64,000 bases of DNA from Candidatus Thorarchaeota archaeon (GTDB taxonomy: Archaea > Asgardarchaeota > Thorarchaeia > Thorarchaeales > Thorarchaeaceae): assembly GCA_029858305.1 (NCBI GenBank), contig JAOUFI010000002.1:21778-85777 (forward strand), given 5' to 3'. The notes under the pieces were generated by a model, which was not told where the DNA came from, ran no database searches, and worked only from the letters and a program-made list of their open reading frames with translations. Positions 11,116 to 19,009 of the stretch are shown piece by piece (within the stretch, counting starts at the first letter, position 1; the number at the start of each line of letters is the position of its first letter). A program made the translations under genes and the position numbers.

Positions 11116-12453
11116 TCAGGCAACAGCCTCAGCTTGAAGTAAACTCGTGATTTCTATTGGTTCTTCATTTTCTTTTGGTAGTTGAGAATGCAACTTGAGT
11201 TTAGCTACTGCTAGGAAGCCTAGTAATGAAACCACCACAAGGGCCGTAGCTGCAGCGATGAAAGGAGGACTAGTAGAACCGACAGCTTCAGCCCAAACTC
11301 CTCCAATCCCCATCCCAATGACTTGGACAGCTGTAAAGGCAACATTGAGAAGAGCAAACACACGACCACGAAGCTCGTCCTCAACCAGCTCTTGTATTAA
11401 TACAGTGAGAGGGATGTTCAAGATAACATCTACAGCACCAATCATTGCCCATGAAAGCAAAACAGTTACGAAGTCAAAAGCTAGAGCCATCGCAAAGACA
11501 CCAATACCAGCTAGAAGTCCTGCAAATGCAATCAGATAGAGTGGCTTCTCGAGCTTCTTCTTCCTACTCAGGTAAATTGCTGCTATTGCTCCTGTTCCTG
11601 CTCCTGCACTCAGAAGAAAACCGATTTGAGTTGATCCAAGTCCTAGTTCACCCTCAAAAAATGGCATTAATAGTGCATTAAGGATACCCGATGATACTGC
11701 TAGCATCATCGCAAACACAAAGAGAAATGAGAGGATTGCATTTCCTATGACATAACGACCACCCTGAATAATCTGTCCTCGTAATGACTCGTGTTCGATT
11801 TGATGTCTCTTGGGTCTAAGATCTGTGGCAATTCCATGAAGTGCAATAGCTGATAAAGCAAACGTCATTGATGTGACTGCAAAGGCTAGAAAATAATTGG
11901 GAGCAAGGAGCGCAACAAGAATACCTCCGAGTGGCGGAACAACTAACTGAACAACTTGGAATGTCATCTGAGATAGAGAGTTGGCTGCAACTAATTCATC
12001 GCCCTCGACAAGATTAGGAATAGATGCGCTCCTTGCTGGGAAGAACCATGCATTTGCGGTTGCATAGATAAATGTCAATATGTAAACCCAATAAATTGTG
12101 GGAATAAAGGATGGGAAGTAAATTGTAAGTGGAATCATGAGGATAGCTATAGCTCTAACAATATCTGATACAATCATGATTTTCTTTCGATTCCAAAGAT
12201 CAACATATACTCCAACAAAACCAGCGAATACAACGATAGGCAAAACTTCCATCATTGTTAGTATCGCCATTGCCAGAGCTGAACCGGTTAGGTCGTACGC
12301 ATAGAACAAAAGCGCAAGGGCTGAAATTGCTGTGCCAATATTAGAAACAAATTGACCCGACCATAATCTTGAGAAATCTCGGTGACCAAGTACAGCACGA
12401 AATCCTATTGGTCGTTTTTCTCCACTGACATCTTCAATAATTTGTGTTTCCAT
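11116..12453 (-). CDS. MFS transporter (12 TM; EntS/MFS_3-like N terminus)
   Basis: RDFSRLWSGQFVSNIGTAISALAL followed by about 12 hydrophobic spans. ATG at 12453 is preferred over the track GTG at 12456. Confidence 0.8.
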   Translation of the reverse strand: METQIIEDVSGEKRPIGFRAVLGHRDFSRLWSGQFVSNIGTAISALALLFYAYDLTGSALAMAILTMMEVLPIVVFAGFVGVYVDLWNRKKIMIVSDIVRAIAILMIPLTIYFPSFIPTIYWVYILTFIYATANAWFFPARSASIPNLVEGDELVAANSLSQMTFQVVQLVVPPLGGILVALLAPNYFLAFAVTSMTFALSAIALHGIATDLRPKRHQIEHESLRGQIIQGGRYVIGNAILSFLFVFAMMLAVSSGILNALLMPFFEGELGLGSTQIGFLLSAGAGTGAIAAIYLSRKKKLEKPLYLIAFAGLLAGIGVFAMALAFDFVTVLLSWAMIGAVDVILNIPLTVLIQELVEDELRGRVFALLNVAFTAVQVIGMGIGGVWAEAVGSTSPPFIAAATALVVVSLLGFLAVAKLKLHSQLPKENEEPIEITSLLQAEAVA

Positions 12454-12826
12454 CACAAATATTATCTCCTGAAATATGCCCAGGCAATCGCTTCAGTTGA
12501 GATTGTGGGCTTCGATTTGTTCAAGATGCGAGGAGTTGGATTGATGATTGTCGGGATCATATTTTCAACTCCGAAATTGGATATTATTGAAAATGAAGGA
12601 GTCCTTCGATTGAACTTGGACTGACCTGTTTTCCTTCGTGACGGAAAGAATGATTGAATTATTTGTTAGCTTCATCATTGTTCACATCTCGTTATACGGT
12701 GGTCACAGGTAATGCGGTTTCTGAGACTAACTGACCATTCTTATGACCACTAGGTGACCATCGACTGACAAGGTCGGGATCAGAAAGGAGCCAGAAGGTC
12801 TGTCGCTCAGAGGTTATCAATAGGAT

Positions 12827-12928
12827 CTACCTCTTGAAAGTCAAGTAAGCATAGGTCAGAGCATCTGTTGAGAGAGTCTTGTTTTGCTTGTACTTCTGAA
12901 GGATTCGGTAGTTTGTTGCTAGAGCCAT
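12827..12928 (-). CDS. 33-aa micro-ORF (MALATNYRILQKYKQNKTLSTDALTYAYLTFKR), paralog of the adjacent micro-ORF
   Basis: Found by hand. ATG is preceded by AGGAGGT 8 nt upstream. It has the same length as, and shares MAL.TN and LST[DE]A..YAYL blocks with, the ORF 7 nt upstream. Confidence 0.35.
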   Translation of the reverse strand: MALATNYRILQKYKQNKTLSTDALTYAYLTFKR

Positions 12929-12935
12929 AGTTGTT

Positions 12936-13037
12936 TTACCTCCTGTAGAGATATGCGTATGCTACAGCCTCGGTGGAGAGGGGATTGCGATCGTGCTTGT
13001 GCACGCGTTCAGTTCGGTTGTTAGTTGTCAGAGCCAT
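12936..13037 (-). CDS. 33-aa micro-ORF (MALTTNNRTERVHKHDRNPLSTEAVAYAYLYRR)
   Basis: Found by hand. It is 102 nt including the stop. Its last codons (AGG AGG TAA) provide the Shine-Dalgarno sequence for the next micro-ORF. Confidence 0.35.
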   Translation of the reverse strand: MALTTNNRTERVHKHDRNPLSTEAVAYAYLYRR

Positions 13038-13192
13038 AATAGTTCACAAGAAATACTGCTCAGAATTAGTATATATAGCGAAGCCACTTCTGAGGGACAC
13101 AAGATGAAGTCACAAGATGTGACTATCTCTAGAGCGCGCTAATATCTTCGGAGGTCATACTTTATACCGGATGATTCTGAGAGGATCTAGAA

Positions 13193-13693
13193 ATGAACGA
13201 GTATGCAGTGCTTGTTAAACTTCTAACAAGAACAGGAACACCCATTGGAGCAAGCATTGAGGACATGCTCGATGCCCTTGGGCTCCCCGAAGAGCCAGGG
13301 CGGCACATTCTTTTCAAAAAATTAAGCGGCCTTCATACTAGACTCAAACCTATCGGTCTGTACATCAAACATAATCCAGTATCAGGAGTCTTCTACCTTG
13401 ATACTTTAAATGATGCTGCTATTGCCCATGAAAACACTGCGCTGCCTGATAGACTAGCTGCGACACTTCTCATTGTCATCACACTTGCATACCAAGAGGG
13501 AGGATGGGTCAGCATTGACAGAGTACGAGAGTTCAGAAAGAAGGCTTTGCAGGGCGTTATGGTAGACCTTCGCGAACTTCAAAATCAGGGCTATGTCGAG
13601 ATTGAGCAGGATAAGAAGCGAGTTAGGCTTGGAACTAGAGTGCCTTTTGAGATCGATTATGAGGCATTCTTCAAGGAACTTACAGAGAATTAG
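13193..13693 (+). CDS. ScpB-like tandem winged-helix protein
   Basis: LPDRLAATLLIVITLAYQEGGWVSIDRVREFRKK...LRELQNQGYVEI parallels the ScpB second winged-helix motif (aLEtLAiIAY.qPit..eie.iRG...L...G.i). The size fits. It lies near smc and the kleisin-like gene. Confidence 0.5.
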   Translation: MNEYAVLVKLLTRTGTPIGASIEDMLDALGLPEEPGRHILFKKLSGLHTRLKPIGLYIKHNPVSGVFYLDTLNDAAIAHENTALPDRLAATLLIVITLAYQEGGWVSIDRVREFRKKALQGVMVDLRELQNQGYVEIEQDKKRVRLGTRVPFEIDYEAFFKELTEN

Positions 13694-13765
13694 AGCTTCA
13701 TAAAAAAGATGGTGGCTTCGTTAGTTTTATCAGTAGTCAACAGCGACTCATAATTGGTTAGAATT

Positions 13766-14125
13766 ATGTCCCACAGGCGTTCACTTCGATTTTCACAGTC
13801 GACCTGCCCAGTATGCGGGGGCAAAGAAGTCGCTCGAGATGACCTAAAAGGAGACCTTCTTTGCACCAACTGCGGACATATTGTTACCCGAACTGAGTCA
13901 AGATCTGTTGGTAAGTTCGACATAGCTCAGCATCTTAAAAGAAACGGAAAGATGACTTTCCCAAGACTAAAGGAAGTTACCGGAGCCTCTGATGACAAGC
14001 TCTTTGGTGTTCTCTCCGGTATGGAGAGCATGGATCTCGTCACACAGCTAGCTGGACAATATTCCTTGACAAAGAAAGGGCAAAGATGGTACCGTCAGAG
14101 ACTGGGTCAAGAATGGGGATACTGA
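13766..14125 (+). CDS. Small protein with a TFB/TFIIB-type N-terminal zinc ribbon and a C-terminal winged-helix-like region
   Basis: CPVCGGKEVARDDLKGDLLCTNCGHIV matches the TFB ribbon pattern (CP.CG...D...GE..C..CG.V). No cyclin-fold repeats follow. ATG 13766 is preferred over the track TTG 13754. Confidence 0.55.
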   Translation: MSHRRSLRFSQSTCPVCGGKEVARDDLKGDLLCTNCGHIVTRTESRSVGKFDIAQHLKRNGKMTFPRLKEVTGASDDKLFGVLSGMESMDLVTQLAGQYSLTKKGQRWYRQRLGQEWGY

Positions 14126-14272
14126 AATAAGAGATGCATCCCCTCAACCTTAGTGGTAACTATATTTACATGCAATCCACAATTTTATTGTGCTAATTTT
14201 TACCGTTTGAAATAGATTTATTAAACTCTGTTTTGAGTATCTAGTAGGGTTCGATTCGTTGAATTCTTAGTT

Positions 14273-14298
14273 CTTCAATCTCCCTCCTAACCACGCGA
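14273..14298. repeat. Copy 1 of an intergenic motif, CTTCAATCTCCCTCCTAACCACGCGA
   Basis: A direct repeat occurs at 14489..14515 with one indel and one substitution. Both copies are preceded by AAACTCT...TAGGG..T.G context. Confidence 0.6.
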
Positions 14299-14488
14299 TG
14301 TGCTGCGAGAGCAGTACCTTTGATTTCGAATCGAATCCTTTCATTCTCTCTTTTCTGATTGTATTTTGTGTATTCGTTCATAAAAACCACAAATGAGTGT
14401 TTACTCAAAGTTAATTATTCCAAATGTACCTAACTAAATGTTTAATATACGTTCGGATGGAAACTCTATTAGGGCTTGGAACAGAGAG

Positions 14489-14515
14489 CTTCAAACTCCC
14501 CTCCTAACCACGCGA
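14489..14515. repeat. Copy 2 of the intergenic motif, CTTCAAACTCCCCTCCTAACCACGCGA
   Basis: Shares the 17-nt core CCTCCTAACCACGCGA and flanks with copy 1. Confidence 0.6.
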
Positions 14516-14623
14516 ATATTCCTATATCCAAAACCCAAACCCAAAAAACTGGTGTCTGGATGGTTGTAGGAACCTACTTTCCCTAGATTTTTCTCTGAAC
14601 CAGGCCCGTATTCCTTCTTAATT

Positions 14624-15769
14624 TTAAACCGTCTTCTTCGAGATAATCAAGTTTGGACCATCAATTTTGACGGGCATCTCAGGAGGCAAATCTAGAAGCC
14701 AATCCTCTAGCTCTTCAGGACTCTTGAACCGAAGTAGAATTCCCAATCTATCGAGTGGCAGGGTCTCATAACGGGTCATGATTTTCTTCATCTGAACCAT
14801 TCGGAACGCTTCCAGTTCTGCTTTGGCTTCTTCCGCTAACTCCTTTGTTTTATCAAACCACGGACTATCACGTTCGAACTCCCATATTTCAACGAGCCCC
14901 TCCATCGAACCTGTAACGACATATCTCTCATCAGGGGAAACAACCAACGCATGAACATTCTCAGTGTGTGTAACATCAGCTATGAGCACACCGCCGCGGA
15001 GAACCCAAACTCGGACTGTACCATCTGATGAACCAGTAATAAAATGCTGACCATCATTCGTAATGTGAATCGAGAGAATTGGAGCTCGATGACCTGTCAT
15101 AGTTTTGAGTAGCGTGCCGGTTTCAAGATCCCACAGGTACACAGTGCCATCCTGATCACCTGTGAGAATATAGCGAGAATCAGCAGTCATAGACAAAGCT
15201 GTCACATGACCTTTATGCCCCTTAAGGGTTCTAAGGAGTACACCCAGCTCGAAGTCCCAGATCCAGGCGATACCAGGATCTCTGTTACCTGGCACTCGTT
15301 TGCTCCCTGAAATTAAGTACCGTCCATCAGGACTGACAAGCATCGAATATATGCCGCGTTCATGATCTGATGTGCGAAGAAGAATCCCTCGATCAACATC
15401 CCAGTATCTTGCTAGTCCATCATCTCCTCCAGTGACAATATACCTCTGATCAGGACTGATAGCTATTGCTGTGACATGAACAGAGTTTGGCGCGAGCGAT
15501 CTGATTAACTCATGATTCTCCAAATCCCAGATCTTAACAGCGAGGTCCTTGTCAGCAATGGAAACAAGACGTTTTCCATCGGGCATCACAGCAAGGCTGT
15601 ATACAGGCCCGTTATGGCCTAGGAATTTATGAATCTCTTTTCCTGATGCAAAATCCCAAAGACGAATACTTGTATCCTGACCACCCGATATTATTGTCTG
15701 ACCATCTGGCGTTATAGCTAAAGACCAAACCGTGAACTCGTGCCCTTCCATTTGACAACTAGGTGTCAT
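14624..15769 (-). CDS. Seven-bladed WD40 repeat protein with a non-WD C-terminal tail of about 90 aa
   Basis: GH...[WD] units recur about every 42 aa: GHEFTVWSLAITPDG...IRLWD, GHNGPVYSLAVMPDG...VKIWD, and further units up to VRVW and VEIWE. ATG 15769 is preferred over the track TTG 15781. Confidence 0.85.
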   Translation of the reverse strand: MTPSCQMEGHEFTVWSLAITPDGQTIISGGQDTSIRLWDFASGKEIHKFLGHNGPVYSLAVMPDGKRLVSIADKDLAVKIWDLENHELIRSLAPNSVHVTAIAISPDQRYIVTGGDDGLARYWDVDRGILLRTSDHERGIYSMLVSPDGRYLISGSKRVPGNRDPGIAWIWDFELGVLLRTLKGHKGHVTALSMTADSRYILTGDQDGTVYLWDLETGTLLKTMTGHRAPILSIHITNDGQHFITGSSDGTVRVWVLRGGVLIADVTHTENVHALVVSPDERYVVTGSMEGLVEIWEFERDSPWFDKTKELAEEAKAELEAFRMVQMKKIMTRYETLPLDRLGILLRFKSPEELEDWLLDLPPEMPVKIDGPNLIISKKTV

Positions 15770-15860
15770 CTCATTAACCAAATATATTCTCCCTCAGCGC
15801 AGCTTGTGACCTTCTTAATAGAATGAATGAACAAAAGTTTGTCGTTTCCTCGGAGGATAT

Positions 15861-15897
15861 AAGAAAAAGAGAGGGACGGTGGCAGATTGTGCCACCG
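15861..15897 (-). terminator. Hairpin plus T-tract downstream of hppA
   Basis: A perfect 8-bp stem (CGGTGGCA at 15877-84, TGCCACCG at 15890-97) with a 5-nt loop lies 20 nt past the hppA stop. On the transcribed strand it is followed by CTCTCTTTTTCTT. Confidence 0.45.
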
Positions 15898-15916
15898 CAT
15901 CAATAATGCATTCGGA

Positions 15917-18313
15917 CTAGACGACTTCAGTGTGCACTTTTTGTTCCATGCCGAAGTCAGCTGGCTTCATACTCTTACGAAGTGCCCAGAGTGTTACAGC
16001 AAACAGTATGATGAGAGCAAAAACAGCAACGTAGGTCATTGTTGCAGATACTGTTGTTTCTAGCATGACCAGAAGTGGAGCCAAAATCAAAGCCAAGAGA
16101 TTGACTACTTTGATCATAGGATTAAGAGCTGGCCCTGCAGTGTCCTTGAGAGGATCACCTACGGTATCCCCAACAACACCACACTTGTGACGTTCTGAGC
16201 CCTTTCCAGTATTGCCTGCTGGGTTCCTAGGCTCATCCTCGATAGCCTTCTTTGCATTGTCCCAAGCACCACCAGTATTGGACATGTACACTGCTAGGAG
16301 CTGACCCGATACGATGATACCTCCGAGGAAACCTCCGAGTGCGGCTACACCAAACAAGATACCAACAATGAGAGGTATCGAAACGGTAATTGCAGCCAAG
16401 GAGATAAGTTCCTTCTGAGCCGCAGTAGTCGAGATATCTACAGCTCTATCATAGTCAGGCTTGACAGTGCCTTCAAGAATACCAGGTATTCTGAATTGTC
16501 TGCGAACCTCTATGACCATTTGACCAGCGGCTCTTGTAACAGCCTTGATATTGACTGCGGAGAATAACCATGGTAGGGCGGCACCTAGCAGAAGCCCGGA
16601 GAATACTCTTGGGTCATCAAGGAATAGGTGTTCCAAACCAAGTGGTTGAAGAGCTACGACGACAAAGCTATCGAAGAGACTAACAGCAGCAATCACTGCT
16701 GAAGCAATAGCTACTCCCTTGGTAATCGCTTTGGTAGTATTTCCAACTGCATCAAGTTCAGCCATGACCTTCTGTGACTCCTTATCGAAGTCACCAGGAG
16801 AGAGCTCACCAATACCTGCAGCATTATCACTGATAGGACCGTATGAATCCATAGCAACATTATTGCCTGTGTGTGATAACATTCCAATACCAATCAATGC
16901 AATACCGTAAAGTGTCCATAGATTGCCCTCAACTCCGACAACGAAGAAGGGAGCAAATATAGCAGCTACTCCTGGGAGGAATAAGACTGTAGCAATACCA
17001 AAGGTTGAAACTATTACGACTAGTGCAGCAACTGTTGATTCATAGCCAGCAACAACACCGGAGAGAATGAAAGTTGCTGTACCAGTGTCAGCAGATTTGA
17101 CAATCTCCTGAACTGGAGGTTTTCTAAGGGATGTGAAGTAACTTGTAATTGGATTGAATGAAACAGCTAGCATTACACCGACCGCAATAAGAATCCCGAA
17201 CCTGAGGTCTCCAACATAGAACCATGATAATATCAGGGTCAGGCAGATTGTAAAGATGCTGGAAGCTTCATAGGAGAGGAACATTGCTTTTTCAGCATAA
17301 ACTGCTCGTTTCTTCAACAGTCTTGGCCAGACTGGGACCATTACGGTTCCGATCATTGATGATATCACACCTACAGCTCTGACGAAGAGTGGAAAAACAA
17401 CAACTGCAAGTGCTCCACCAGGAAGCATTGGAAAGACGCCATCAACTGTTTCAAGATACAATACAATAGCAAGGATGAGGGATGACACAATGGTTACTTC
17501 GTATGACTCAAAAATGTCAGCAGCCATACCAGCACAGTCGCCTACATTGTCTCCAACGAGGTCTGCAATAACCGCAGCATTTCTTGGGTCATCTTCAGGA
17601 AGCCCCTGCTCAACTTTACCAACAAGATCTGCTCCAACATCGGCGGCCTTTGTGTAAATACCACCACCAACTCTCATGAAGAGAGCAAGAAGCGTACCAC
17701 CCAGACCAAAGCCGAGAAGCGCATCAGGCGCTGCAATTCCGTAGATGATGAAAATGATAGTACCACCTAACAGACCAAGTCCATCAGTCAGCATTCCTGT
17801 AAAAGTACCACCTCGATAGGATATCGTTAGGGCTCTATTGTACCTGTTTTCTCCTTCACGTGTAGCTTGTGCAACTCGAATGTTGGACTCGACAGCAATA
17901 CGCATGCCAAGTTGACCGACAATCAGTGAGAAGCTTGCACCAAGAATAAAGGCTAACGAACGACCAACGCCGACAATTATGCGGCCGGCCGCTGTATCAC
18001 CGAATAAGACTTCAGTACCTCTTTCTGGTGTTGTTATGTAAACGGTGAAAAAGAGAAGGATAGATAGCACAATCAATATCGGAACAATGGTCTTCAATTG
18101 CCTGTGCAAATATGACAATGCACCTTCTCTTATGCCGTTCCAAACTCTCTGCATCTGCTCAGTACCTTTGTCCTGTGACAGAACACCTTTCCTGAGCCAC
18201 CAAGCGTACACGAGACTTACGATTGCTGCTGCGATAACTGTCAGTATCATTAACTGCTCAATCAACAGCATTCCTGCGAATGTCTCGAATAACTGCATTT
18301 TATCGTTCACCAT
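15917..18313 (-). CDS. hppA: Membrane-bound proton-translocating pyrophosphatase, K+-independent type
   Basis: Full-length 798 aa with about 16 TM spans. Motifs: [68 protein letters not shown]. Confidence 0.95.
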   Translation of the reverse strand: [798 protein letters not shown]

Positions 18314-18705
18314 CCCGTCTATCTGGATGCTAGTGACTTTGAAGCATCATGACGCATGCCTAGATACCGGTATGAATTTAGGGAGTGGCGAAAAAAAGTG
18401 ACTCTTAAGGGTATCCTTCAAGCACATATTATACAGACACTACACAAAACTTCTAGCCTGCAGTTTTGTTGAATCATTCAACTCCCAGAATCTTGCGATT
18501 CTCAGAAATGTCTTCATAGCTTTTTCACTCTGCACCAAGCCGACCTCGAATTAAGGCTGTCTAATCCCACTATTTGTTCATTAATTGCGTGCAGCTGTAG
18601 AAGAGGAGATAAGCATCCAATGTGATGTCAATGAATAGTGCATTTGGTGAACAAACATCAAGATGTCATCTGATGCATTGTTCTTGTTAAGAATGTGGGA
18701 TTTTT

Positions 18706-18813
18706 ATGATACAATGTCGCAGATGTAAAAAGAAGATTAAAGGAGAACCAACCTATGTAGGTTCTTCACGCCGACCCTACTGCAAGGCTTGCGCAGGAAA
18801 AGTAACTGAATAG
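18706..18813 (+). CDS. 35-aa zinc-ribbon mini-protein (MIQCRRCKKKIKGEPTYVGSSRRPYCKACAGKVTE)
   Basis: Found by hand in a 690-bp gap. It has a CxxC...CxxC arrangement. No clear Shine-Dalgarno sequence is present. Confidence 0.4.
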   Translation: MIQCRRCKKKIKGEPTYVGSSRRPYCKACAGKVTE

Positions 18814-19009
18814 TCCAGCTATTAATAAATTAATAAATGGAAGAAACAGGTGTTCGAGGAATCCTTAACACCTTCTGATTTATTACCAAGTTATGGTTGA
18901 TTCGAAGGAAAACCAAAGGAATTGAAGACACCTGTCCATATTGATGATGCTTTGAGAAAGAAGTAACAAGGATACAAGAAGGACTGAGTGAAGAGTCCGA
19001 GGGAGTTGG

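Noticed and set aside
12565-12678. A third micro-ORF (MMKLTNNSIILSV...) between the twin micro-ORFs and the MFS gene.
   Set aside because: It has only a weak N-terminal resemblance (..LTNN) to the twins, no Shine-Dalgarno sequence and a different length. It is mentioned in the micro-ORF finding but not called as a feature.
14241-14262. GGGTTCGATTCG, which looks like a tRNA T-loop.
   Set aside because: No complementary T-stem, acceptor or anticodon arm can be drawn around it.
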